A stretch of DNA of 64,000 bases from Azolla caroliniana (taxonomy: Eukaryota > Plantae > Polypodiophyta): contig JBHGNT010000022.1 in assembly GCA_043228905.1 (NCBI GenBank), positions 11,594,001-11,658,000 on the forward strand. The letters are read 5' to 3'. This document shows positions 1 through 12,600 of the stretch, piece after piece (the first letter of the stretch is position 1; every line of letters starts with the position of its first letter). Position numbers and translations under genes: made by a program. The notes beneath the pieces are model-generated. The model saw nothing but the letters and a program-made list of their open reading frames with translations. It was not told the origin of the DNA and ran no database searches.

Positions 1-197
1 GATAGTTTAAACCACAAAAAAAGAGTTGAAACTTTACTGGAAAGCACAATCAGATCTGTGTGGAATATGAAAACTATGCTTAGACATGAAATGGTTTCAA
101 GCATGAAGCAAGTGTTGAGGTAAAAGAAAAATCTTTGAATAACAGTGTCACTCTCTCACTGTCAAGAGTACTTATAATTTTGGCTTAATTGTTTTAG

Positions 198-1098
198 TGG
201 CAGCCGAAGGGACCTGAAATCACTTCTTGGCAATACTTCTGATGAGGATCAAGCAGCTTCAACAACCTTAACCCTGTATTACGTTGAATTTATTTCATTG
301 CTTTTACAAGGCTGGATTTGTTTTCATCCAAAGAGTTCCATTGCTGCAAGACCATGCGTACATCAACTTGCTTGTAGATTAGATTTCATTGTGTCATATA
401 TGTTGCATGCCTTTTTTGGGCATACACCAGAACAGAAATTTGTTCTGCTGGAGGTGAGCTTGCTACCTATTGTTTGGAGGATGACAGAGAAAGTAGACAA
501 AAAAGATTGTAAAAATGTTGCATCCATTATGACGACCCTAGAGAAAATGGGGTTGCCTTACAGTCATTTCATGGAAGAAGTAGAAGAAAACATCGTGAAA
601 GCCTCAAGTAGTGTGGACCCTTGCAAAGTTTTTAGAGCCGCTCGAAAGTTGGCATTCTCATTCTGGCCAATGATGTTACCTATCGGTAATCCACTGAGGG
701 AGCTGAAAGCTGATCTATCAATTGTAAGCAGTGATCCTCTACCATTTCAGATAGGTCTACCAGTTGGAATTCCAGTCAAGCTTCTCTTTTGGAATTTGAA
801 GAAAAGTGATCGGATATGGATATACATGCGCCTGAGCTCTTTATGGTCACAATACATATTCTTGAATACTGAATGTCTTAGAAGTGTTGATGAGATGGTT
901 ACGACTCTCATAGTTCCAGGTCTCCGAAGTGTTTTATCGGAATGTACATTAAAAGCTACAGTCATTCTAGAGTGCCCTCAAGTCATCCATGGAAATGATC
1001 CTACAGTCCCGAAAGGTTATGCCCTGCCACTTACTCATGGAAAAGAGATTCGTTTGGTTGATATTGCTAATTCAATGTATAGATCTGCCCAAGTGTAA
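198..1098 (+). CDS. SIEL: Terminal exon of SIEL / Integrator subunit 4 (INTS4)-like protein (upstream exons outside window)
   Basis: Acceptor TTTTAG ending at 197; the frame is open from 199 (GSRRDLKSLL...) to the stop at 1098. Motif AxL...SDPLPFQIGLPVGIPVKL resembles the SIEL/INTS4 C-terminus (NPLPFVxGLPVGIP). Confidence 0.7.
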
Positions 1099-2733
1099 AG
1101 CTACAATCATTCCATAGTGCCCTCAAATCATCCATAAAAATGATGCTAGAAGTCCTACCGGTTATGTCATTTAATGAAGTGCGGTGTGCCATTTAATGAT
1201 ATTACTAGTTCAAAGTATAGTGCGATGTGCCATTTAATGAAGTGTTTAACAAAGAAGGTTAAAAAGGAAAAACTGTGCTATGTTTGTTCAATGATGAAAG
1301 TTAAATAGGAAGGCCATCTAGTAATATTGCCATGGGTGAACAGTAAGATGGTAAAACAAAAGATGTGCTTGTATATTGGATTTGCAGCATCCAAAGGAAG
1401 CCATTTATTATTATGAGGTTTCCTATACATGGGAAGAAACATTCAAGGGAGTCAATTATTATTATGAGGTTTCCTATACATGGGAAGAAACATCCAAGGG
1501 AGTCAATTTATTAATTAAGTGGTTTCCTATCAATTAGGTTTGAATGACATATTTAACAAAGAAGGTTAAAAAGGAAAAACTGTGCTAAAGAGGAATGTTC
1601 AATGATGAATGTTAAAGAGGAAACCTGTCTAGTAGTATTGCCATGGGTGAACAGTAAGATGAGTAAAACAAAATCTGTGGTTTTATAATGGATTTTTAGC
1701 ATCCAAAGGAAGCAATTTATTATTTGTGTTTGGAGATATCCACAATGCATATTGAATACTGTCGTCATAAATTCAAAAAATACACTGTAAGGATAGTTAT
1801 TACCAAGTAATCCTTACAGAACTTTATGCATCACAAACTTGCCATTTTCCAATGTTCCTTCAATTAGTGATAGGGTCTGAGCCTTCTATAAATTCATTTA
1901 TCGCTACCTTAGAATCACTGCATTACATCAAGCTCTTCTATACATGGTCCCCTAAAAGCAGAAAATCCATAACACATTATCCTGGAAGTTATGTCAAGCT
2001 CTTCATTTGGCATATTGAATACTGTCATCGTAGGTTCCAAAATGCAATGAGAGGACAACATAATCCGCTATTTATCCATTACAAGCTTGCCATTTTCCAA
2101 ATCCGCTATTTATCCATTACAAGCTTGCCATTTTCCAATGGTCCTTCAATCAGCGATGAAGACCAAAAAATCTTAAGTTCCATTACAATAGTTTTTGGCC
2201 TAAATCTAAGTCACAATGTAAAATTCAACTGAGATTAATTGGCTGGTCAGATATATCTGTAACTTGAGTGAGGTAAAAGTTCCATTACCAATATTGACAC
2301 AAAGGCAAAATCTATCTATATAAGCTGGATCTTCCAGATGCTGTAGAAAACTCTTTATTATGCGCATATTAGCATGAAAATTACTTCATATTAGCATGAA
2401 AATTAAGCCAAGAAATTCATTTAGTGGTTAACCGAGGTAGAAACTTCATGGCGCAGACAGAAAATTTCATATTTGTCATCTTTGGGTTTTTTATACATTT
2501 GTTTGTGAATCAACAAATTTAAACATTATCTTTTGTCCTACTGTTAAGAAACCTGGAAGGCAATTAGGGACCAATTGGAAGGCAGGGTCTGGCCATTACA
2601 ATGGATGTTACTTCCGAGAATTTTTGTTGCATATCAGGGCCATGGTGAATTGAAGGATGTTGAAAGCTGTATGCTTCCTAAATTCTAGTTCCATAAAACA
2701 GAACTGTTACAGTTAATTCTTACTTCTGTATTC

Positions 2734-3666
2734 TCAATACATTCTACGACCAAAGGGATGATTATAATATGTTCGTGCACTTGATTCTCTTTCACTTCCA
2801 TATAAACTGTTTGCTTCTCTTCTTACATTTACACTATTAACTGTTGCAGTCAAACCTTCATTGTGGTAACTAGGTTGATGAGGTCTATAGAATGACCGTT
2901 GATGCATGCTGTCTATGTCATTCTGGCTCAGATGTTCCTGTGGTAGTATCCCTTGATATCTTGGATGAGGTAAAGAATTCCGTTGCCGCATGCTGTCTAT
3001 GTCATTCTGGCTCGGATGTTCCTGTGGTAGTATCCCTTGATATCTTGGATGAGGTAAAGAATTCCATTGACGCATGCTGTCTATGCCATTCTGGCTCGGA
3101 TGTTCCTGTGGTAGTATCCCTTGATATCTTGGATGAGGTAAAGAATTCCGTTGCCGCATGCTGTCTATGTCATTCTGGCTCGGATCTTCCTGTGGTAGTA
3201 TTCCTTCATATCTTGGATGAGGTAAAGAATTAAAATGGCTATTATCGACTAGTCTTAAATACTTTGAAGGATGCTCGCTAGAATGAAGAGCCTCAGCCAT
3301 TAGATGCTCTCTTCTCATCTGAGGGTTGAGCTTTGTTGGTGCATTTCCATAGGTGAGCCACAAAGCTAATTCGTCCACCATTCTCTCACCTGGAGCCCCT
3401 TTCTCCTGTCGAACAATGTGGTTGAAATGCTTTTCTCTTTGCATAGGAGGTTCCCTTCTAACTTCATTCGGAGGTTCTTTCTTGCTGCACTGATAACTCT
3501 TTTCAGGAGTAAACAGTAAGGACCTTAGAGAAGGGGACTTGTATGGGCCCATCATAAATCTTCTAAGACACAAATGTGCTTCCTGAAAGGATTTGTAGAT
3601 TGAATGAAATCCACCTAGATTTACCACACGCGCTGCATTATGTGAAAGAGTGGAGAAATCCTGCAC
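2734..3666 (-). CDS. HESO1-like gene, last exon (end of PAP-associated domain plus low-complexity tail)
   Basis: AG acceptor at 3667-3668; VQDFSTLSHNAARVV; stop at 2734. Confidence 0.85.
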   Translation of the reverse strand: MQDFSTLSHNAARVVNLGGFHSIYKSFQEAHLCLRRFMMGPYKSPSLRSLLFTPEKSYQCSKKEPPNEVRREPPMQREKHFNHIVRQEKGAPGERMVDELALWLTYGNAPTKLNPQMRREHLMAEALHSSEHPSKYLRLVDNSHFNSLPHPRYEGILPQEDPSQNDIDSMRQRNSLPHPRYQGILPQEHPSQNGIDSMRQWNSLPHPRYQGILPQEHPSQNDIDSMRQRNSLPHPRYQGILPQEHLSQNDIDSMHQRSFYRPHQPSYHNEGLTATVNSVNVRREANSLYGSERESSARTYYNHPFGRRMY

Positions 3667-6600
3667 CTATCCTTATCATATTTCATCAAATCAGTAGATC
3701 TCTTAAAAGACATTAATATACATAGAGATCTTTAAAAGACAAAAGTCACAATATATCTGATTTGAGAATCTTACTTGTGTGGATACCAACGTTCTTTACT
3801 CTCTTTTATCTTATTTACTTTTACGTTTCCTTAGTAACGTTTATTTTATTTTGATTTGTTGTTCTCAAAGACAAGACAATACTTAAGATGTAATCTCTTG
3901 TTTTGTCTTATAGGCCATTTTGGCCTCTTAAAAGACGTTTATATATATATATATTTCTCTCTTTCTTTCTTTGATCAGTTTGGATGAGCTAGATGATTTA
4001 ATGACCAAGATGAAAATTAGTAAGTAATAAACAAATGATGTGACCTAAGAATATCTTACAAAAATTAAATCTGGTTCAGATGCTTTCATCCATGTCCCTT
4101 GGTATGTGCTAACACAAAGCCCTTGCTGCCATATATCCTTCACAGCTATAATCTGTACAAGAATAAGAACCATAATTGACATACATTTATAGCAGCGTAC
4201 CATGGTTTGTTTATAATAATGCATATTAAAAGAGTTTTCTCATAACATGAATCGGCACCAAATCTATAACTGCAGGCCGGCAGGTTGCAGAAATACTGAA
4301 AGATGATATACTTACAAATAGAAAAGTTTTGAACAAGGACCAATCCCTTGTACTAACATGACAAAAAAGGTTCTTCCATCTGTTACCTTCTTCTTAATGT
4401 ATTTGATTGATCATACTTATGAGAGATAGAAAAGGAGCAATTTTCCTTACCTGAATCAAAAACGAATTGAACAACTGGGTGACTGTATCTTTATTATAAA
4501 TCCCAAAACCCTCAAATCTACGTGCTCGATGTTCAACCATTGATATTCCATCTGATGTTGATGAATTATAATCTGTTAAGGGAAGATGAATTTATAATCT
4601 GTTTGGTGGGAAATGAATCGTTATAAATAAGTGCCGCAACTTTTGTTTGTTCCAGTAGCAACTGCCTACATTTGAAACACAGAAAACAAATAACTGCTTC
4701 GGATAACATCCAAAAGTATGTGGTGTGTAACCTTTAAGTATTGCTGAAAATGGGGGAAGTATTGCTGGGATCCTAGTCTGCATTAGTTAACAAGGAAAAG
4801 AAAAGTTCAGTTCCATAGTTTTGAAATGATATATTATGATCAAAAGCAGGAAGGAAACATGTTTTGGATCAGTATGCTCTACCATGCTTGACAAAAATTT
4901 GGGCAGCCAGAAGTGTCTAAGATAATGCTAACCACAAGTGGTGCTTCTTAGGCAGTGGCTACTTAAGTTGGAAAAAGTGAAGATGATCATTAGATGTAAC
5001 TACCAACCTAGCAATTATATGGATATAATATACTTTATCCTTTACACAAACATCCCCGAGTCACTCAACTATCATGAGATAAAGGGACTTTCTAACGATT
5101 TTCTCATTGAATATTGTTGTTTCTTTGTTTCCTCTATCCTACAACCTAGGCTTGAAAATCATAATGAGTATATATCTGTAGTAAATATTTACTTGCTTTG
5201 ATATTCCAAAATAATCTTATATAATCTTCTTTACATACCTATGATTCTCTACAAAACAATGATTACAGAAGAGATTATTATGTCATACTTCCATGTTTCT
5301 ATGAAGCCCATATATATCCATTTTGAGATAAAATTCAATACTCAACATATGATAGAAATAAAAACGTCAAGAACCCCAAAAGAATTATCCTTTTATGGGT
5401 TTACAAAAGACAAAATATCACATTTGAATCATGTATCATAATAAAGACAGTTCATATATTTTTGTAAATGAAGATTGAGACTTTGGATAATTTCAATGCC
5501 ATGCTATTTGGAAAACAAAACAGCCATCATTGCTATCAACAAGAATATATTAGAGAGCTACAAGATAGGCAAGCCTTACAACCTGAAGATGAAATGCAAC
5601 AAGTAAGATGATGCTTAATGAATTCAGAGTATGATCTTTGGAGCTGTTAATCCCACTAGCATTTGCCCATGCCTTCACCTACAGCAGTGCGCTTGATTAG
5701 TTGAAAAACAAATTCATTGTTGAAAACAATAAAGTATGAAAATCATTCTTGCAATGTATCATTCTCGTAACCATAGAGTATGAACCATACATACCATATG
5801 TGCATTCGCATTCAAGAATGTTTCAATCACTCAACTATGGTAAATACCATACTTTTGTATTCATTATTTATAATAAGGTAAAAAAAAATTTAAGGTAAAA
5901 GGTGTAAAAAAAACATAACAATGTTTTGTTAACATATGCATTCGTTTGCATTCATATGAAAAAGAATGTTTGCCAATGCATTCGAGTATATTACATACTA
6001 TGCTTGTAATCATAGATTGACATATTCGCATTCGTGGGGTTTCCCATTCGAATGCATACGAATGCATGGTCAAGTATTCGTTTATCCAAAAAAATAAAAT
6101 AAAATAGAGTCCAAGAACTCCCTCCTTTTTTAGTTTACTAGGATAAAAAAAAAGGGACTTCACAATAAAAAGGGACATTAAAAGAGGGACTATAAAAAGG
6201 AACATTAAGAGGGACTTGACACTAATAAATTTTTATAATAAATATAAAAATATTCGTTTTATTTTTAATAAATAAATAAAATACAATAAAGGTTCATTAA
6301 TTCCTCACTTTTTATTCTCTCAAAAATTATGGATATTTTTATCTTGATATTAAAAATTGGACTTCACAGTAATCATATTTCTATAATAAATATACAAATA
6401 TTCGTTTTTTAAAACAAATTAATTAATTAAAATAAAGGTTCATAAACTTTCCTATTTTTTATTTGACACTATAAAAGAGAGTTAATACTAATCATATGTA
6501 TATAATCTATTAATGAATGATTGTTCTTTTTTTAGTGAAATTAAATTTATTTAAATAAATTAATATTTTATATATTTTTGTAAAACGAATGGTTTTATAA

Positions 6601-9600
6601 TATTCTTGGGGCCATTTCGTATTCTCGAATATTGAGAATATCACGCATGGAGAATATGACGAATGTCACGCATGTGTCAATCTATGCTTGTAATTATCAC
6701 CGTGGTTTGCAAAATTACATCCAACAAAAATCAATACTTGCTTCAATTTCTAGTTTATGCTAGTCTGATTAAAAGTTATTAATTACCTTAATCTACATCC
6801 ATCCACCCTAGGTTAGGCTGCAGTTGACATATCAGAAAGTGCAGCCTAGCAAATGTAATTAACTATAATAGAATCAATAGAAGGTCATTTATAGACTTGT
6901 TTATGATACGGAGAGTTAAGTATTGCATGGGAACTCTATCTGTACAGACGAGCAACAACAAAAAAGAAATAATGGAAGAGAAAGAGATTTCATTGATAGC
7001 AGACTGCTGAAATTGGACTACAGCACAGGGATGAAACAATGAGCTATATACTTAGGTGTTCCTAAGAGAGAGAAAAGATACAACTACAACTCAATGGTTA
7101 CTAACCATAAGTGAAGAACTAACCTTAGCTCTCACACTGAGGTTACTATCTTAACAAGGTGGCTAACCCTAATGGTTAACCCATCTATTATATTAACTTT
7201 ATAACCACCTGCACATTAACACGTCCCTCAAGCATTTATCCACACTATCTGTATTACTTGTCTTCTGAACTTCCACTTCATCTCTTATATAGAAAATTAT
7301 TTGGTTGCCATGGTGCCTGCTTCAGTCTATACAAACTTGAGACCTTCCCTTCGGAATAAAGGTAGCTCAAAATCTGATGGTTGCCCCAAGAAGACCTCTT
7401 CAGCACTGTTTTGGCTGGGGCATATATGACGCATTTCAATTGCTTCCACATTCCTTCGAACAATACATACTCCCAAACACATTTCAGAGGAATTCTTGGG
7501 CTGAACATATCTTTACTTTAGGTACTATTCCTTTCAGGCTGAAGATATTTTTACTTCAGGTGCAAGTCCTTCTCCACCATCTGATGCCATTTTATAAACT
7601 TTTCATGACCCTTACCCTCAACCAATGGGATACCAAAAGGAAAAATCCTAGTATTTAAGAAAATATAAGTGTCTGTTTATACATTCACTTGTTTTCTTCA
7701 GAATCTAAGATGATATCCAGAGCTATAGTGATTCTACACTTGTCACTTGAAAGAGTTCTGGAGGAGTTGCCCGCAGTCACCGGCAATAAAGCAAGGTTCA
7801 TGACTGTTCTTAGTTAGTAGCAAAGTTGACATTAACGAGTGGATGTAGAAGTGGGATTCCTAGTGGGGTGAGTCTGTGGCCACCTGTAATGTTGGGAAGG
7901 AACCTTGACATAACAAACTACACATTGTGGAACTTCAAAATGACCATCATATGGATTCATATGAGCTCATGAACACAGACTGCTTGGACTGGATATCGAG
8001 CCGATGTGAACTATACTTCCAAAGAACCCAGTAACGATCCTTCAAATAATTGCAGTCTTGCTTGGAAGACATATAATGTAGGTGCATTCTATGCAATTGT
8101 CATAGAGCCAACCGACTATTTTGACATTGATTCAGCACATGTCAAAGGTGGCAGATGCCTCGAGGATCCTTTAGAATGGCAATGAAATGAGGACAGAAAT
8201 GACAATAAAACCTAGTATATCAGTTATTGTTCAAAAGGATGGGCGAAGATGAGAAGGCAAACATGTTTATCACAAGGATAAAGAACCTTCAAGATCAAAT
8301 GATAGCCATTGATTGACTAATGACATGAGGAGTAATGTGGATAACGAAAATTGTCATTGTTCTTTGTTGATGTGCTTATGTGGTTGTATTGATGTCCTTC
8401 AACAACTTCTGCCAAGAAAAGCCCCAAGCACCATTTGTCTTCATATTTTAGTACCTAGAGTAGTGGGCCAAAAAGCATTGCTTAAAGAGGCAATGGTATT
8501 TCCCTCTAATTTCATAAAAGTACAGTACAATGACAAACATATTGTTCTTCAAATTCCACTCCCTGATGACAAAATGGGCAAATTTTATCTTCTAGAGCTA
8601 TTTGTACATATTTGTCTGCCTCAATCTCTAACTGACATGAAGAAGTTTTCAGCTGCCCTATAAGACTTATAGGATAGATGTATACTGCACAATGCATAGG
8701 ATAGATGTATGTCCATATAAGAGGGGCCTGCTTATGAATCCATCCTTTGATGTGTATAACAAGTGTGCCTTGTAGAGGGCCATCTTCCTACCAAGAGATG
8801 TTATAGGGCTTTGATGACATAAGCAGTCTAGAGGTATCTCCAAATCTCTCCAGTTATCATGTGAAGACTTGGTCCCCAGGTTTCTACTATGTAGAAAAGG
8901 ACTGGTGTCACTAAGTATATCAAATCAAGGGCTGCATATCCACGAGAGTGTCAAGCACAAGTAGCCTTCTGTGTGAGTATTCTGGTTCTGATCTCATTAC
9001 CCATGCTCAAGTGGTGTTAAACACTAAAGAAATATGAGAAAGCACATCTGTTCTGTAATATACATTCATTGGAGGGAGAAAATACAGAGATCTCTTATAT
9101 TTACATGAGGAGAAGTCCCTCTTTATAAAGGCCAAGATCTGGCCGTTGGGCTAACTAGCTGTTGGGACTAACTAGCCGTTGGGCTAGCCGTTACAACTTT
9201 TAAACATTCTCAACACTCCCCCTCAAGATGGGTGAAAAATATCCACTAAGCCCATCTTGTCACACAATCTAGTAAGACTTACTGGCCCAAGTCCCTTTGT
9301 AAGACAATCTGCTACTTGATGTTCAGTAGAAACATGACTCAATTTTAATATTCCATTATCAAGCTTTTCTTTGATAAAGAACCTGTCGATTTCGATGTGT
9401 TTGGTCCTATCGTGCTGTACCGGATTGTTGGCAATGCTGATTGCTGACTTATTGTCACACCACAACATCATCTGATTTTCTTGATTCACCTTTAGTTCTA
9501 CTAGGAGAGTTCGCAGCCATAACATCTCCGCAACTCCTATAGCAATAGCTCTATACTCTGCTTCAGCTGTTGACCTTGCTACTACTGACTGTTTCTTACT

Positions 9601-12600
9601 CTTCCAAGAGACTAGATTGCCTCCAACAAACATGCAGTATCCTGATGTGGATTTTCTGTCCTCAGCACAACTGGCCCAATCAGAATCACAATAGCCCTCA
9701 ATGTTAAAATGACCATGTTTTCTGAAGATTAATCCCTTCCCTGGGGCACCTTTGAGATATCTCAGAATATGGTACACTGCATCCATATGATCTTTCCTCG
9801 GATCATGCATGTAGCGACTTACCACACTTACTGCAAATGAGATATCTGGACGGGTGTGGGTCAAATAAATCAGCCGACCTACCAATCTTTGATACCTTTC
9901 ACGATCAACTTTCTCTCCCGCAAGTTCAGTTAGCTTGATCTTTTGGTCGATTGGAGAAGCTACAGGCCTACAACCCAACATTCCAGTTTCTTTGAGAAGA
10001 TCAAGTACATATTTTCGCTGAGATAGAACAACTCCTTCTGCTCCACGAGCTACCTCAATTCCAAGAAAGTAGCGTAGCAATCCTAGATCCTTCACCTCAA
10101 ACTCTTTACCCAATTGCATCTTCAGTTGGGCAATTTCTCCTTCATCGTTACCTGTGATAATTATATCATCCACATACACAGCAAGCAATGTAGTATGGTC
10201 CTTGTGTTGTCGAAAGAACACTGTATGGTCTGCATTCGTCTGTTGGTATCCCATACCCACCATAGCCCTTCTTAACCTGTCAAACCAGGCTCGAGGAGAT
10301 TGCTTTAGTCCATAAAGCGACTTCCTAAGTTTGCAAACCTTACCTACTGTTTGAATTGTACCGAAACCTGGGGGAACATCCATGTACACTTCCTCCATCA
10401 ACTCTCCATGAAGGAATGCATTTTTTACATCTAATTGATGTAATTTCCAATCCTTATTCACTGCTAAGGAAATAAGTGTTCTAACAGTGCTCATCTTCGC
10501 CACAGGTGCAAAAGTCTCATCATAGTCAATGCCATATGTCTGACTATATCCTTTAGCCACCAATCGTGCCTTGTATCGATCTATTTTTCCCTCTGGGGTC
10601 TGTTTTATTGTAAACACCCATTTGCACCCAACCGCCTTCTTTCCCGGTGGTAGTGACACAATCTCCCAAGTTTTGTTCTTCTCAAGAGCTCCGAGTTCTT
10701 CTTGCATGGCTGCTTTCCATTTTGGATCTTCTTTAGCAACCTGCCAACACTTGGGTAAAGTGACAGAGTCTAATGATGCAATGAATGCTCTATGTGTAGC
10801 TGATATGTTAGAATAAGAGATAAACTGAGCAATATCATGAGGAAAACCATAACGATCAGGAGGGACCCCTGCATTACTGCGAGAGGTCCTCCTAATCTCG
10901 ATAGGAGAAGGAGAGGAAATCATATCACCTGTGATTTCTCGGTTCGGGAGTTCTGTAGGTATTTCAGAAGTCGAGGCAGGTCGGGACATGGAACTTGATG
11001 GCACATGTGGTGCTGAAGACGTGTTCACATTTCCGTCTTTCTGCCTCCTCTTCCTTGTATACACCTTTAGCTCCCCCTCAACTTGAGTCCCAACACATAT
11101 AGGCTCCTCGTCTTCGTTTCCTTCTTCTTCCGTACCTCCTACGCTCACTTCTTTCTCAGCTGATGTAGGGATCAGTAAAGGAATTGATCCTATTTTTAGC
11201 AACCTCTCACAATTATCTCCTTCCCTCATATTTTCAGTCTGAATTAAGTCATCAAAGGGTGAAGTTACCCCTTGTTTATAATATGGCTCTGACTCTCTGA
11301 AATGCACATCCATGCTCACAAATAATCTCTTCTCTACTGGACTCCAGCAAACATAGCCTTTTTGTGTGGCAGAGTATCCCACAAATACACATTTTACAGC
11401 TTTAGGATCAAGTTTTCCTACTGATGGTCTACTGTCCTTTACAAAACACACACATCCAAACACCTTCAAAGGAAGGATTCCAGAGTTATTGCCTTGCAAC
11501 AACTCACATGGAGACTTCCACTCCAATACTCTAGAGGGCATTCTATTGATCAATGTGGCAGCCGTCAAAACTGCCTGTCCCCACAACTGCTTTGGGACAT
11601 TCATAGAAATCATCATGCTTCTCGTTACCTCTAGAAGATGTCTATTCTTCCTCTCTGCTACTCCATTTTGTTCTGGTGTATATGGGCATGTAGTTTGATG
11701 TTGTATTCCTTGATCTGAGAGGTATGCCCTAAATGTCATGTTAGCATACTCTGTTCCATTATCAGACCTCAACACTTTTACTACTGCACCATATTGAGTT
11801 TGAACTGCTTTATGAAAATCTTTAAAACAAGCAAATACTTCATTCTTTTTCCTCATCAAATATAACCAAGTCACACGAGAGAAGCAGTCAATGAAAGAGA
11901 CAAAATATCGATATCCATTAATAGAACTTGTGGGACATGGTCCCCAAACATCGGAGTGTATTACATCAAATGCATGGGAACTCCTATGACCCGAACTAGC
12001 ATATGAACTTTTAGTAAGCTTACCAAATTCACATGCATCACAAACAAGTTTTGTTTTATCCGCCTTTTCAAAAAGGTGTGGATACACCCGACTCAAAATG
12101 CCATAAGAGGCATGTCCCATGCGTTGGTGATGAAGTATTAACAAGTCCTCATAACTCATTCTAGATCCCCTTACATCTATTCCCTCTACCATAGATGCTA
12201 ATGCTGAATCCAGCCCTTCACGATCCAAATACCATAGTCCACTATGCCATGTGCCAGTCCCAAGTCTCCGACCTGTCCCTTTCTCCTGGAATATCACCTT
12301 GGGAATATCAAAAGAAACAACACATTTTAGTTGGTGTATGATAGAACTTATAGATAATAAGTTTACTGGGAAAGAAGGAGCATGCAACACATTAGACAAT
12401 GTCACAGAGTCGGTACATTTTACTGTACCTATACCCACTACAGGTTGTATAGTACCGTCAGCAATTTGAATGCTTTCTGGCATTGATAAGTGAGTATATG
12501 AGGAGAATTCACTAGCATTACCCGTCACATGCCTAGATGCACCAGAATCAATTATCCATTCTGGTGTAGAGGCAAGAGTATTTGTGTTGCTAGTACTTGT

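Noticed and set aside
2892-3233. Plus-strand Cys-rich repeat ORF (ACCLCHSGSD...)
   Set aside because: Antisense shadow of the coding repeat in the HESO1-like last exon
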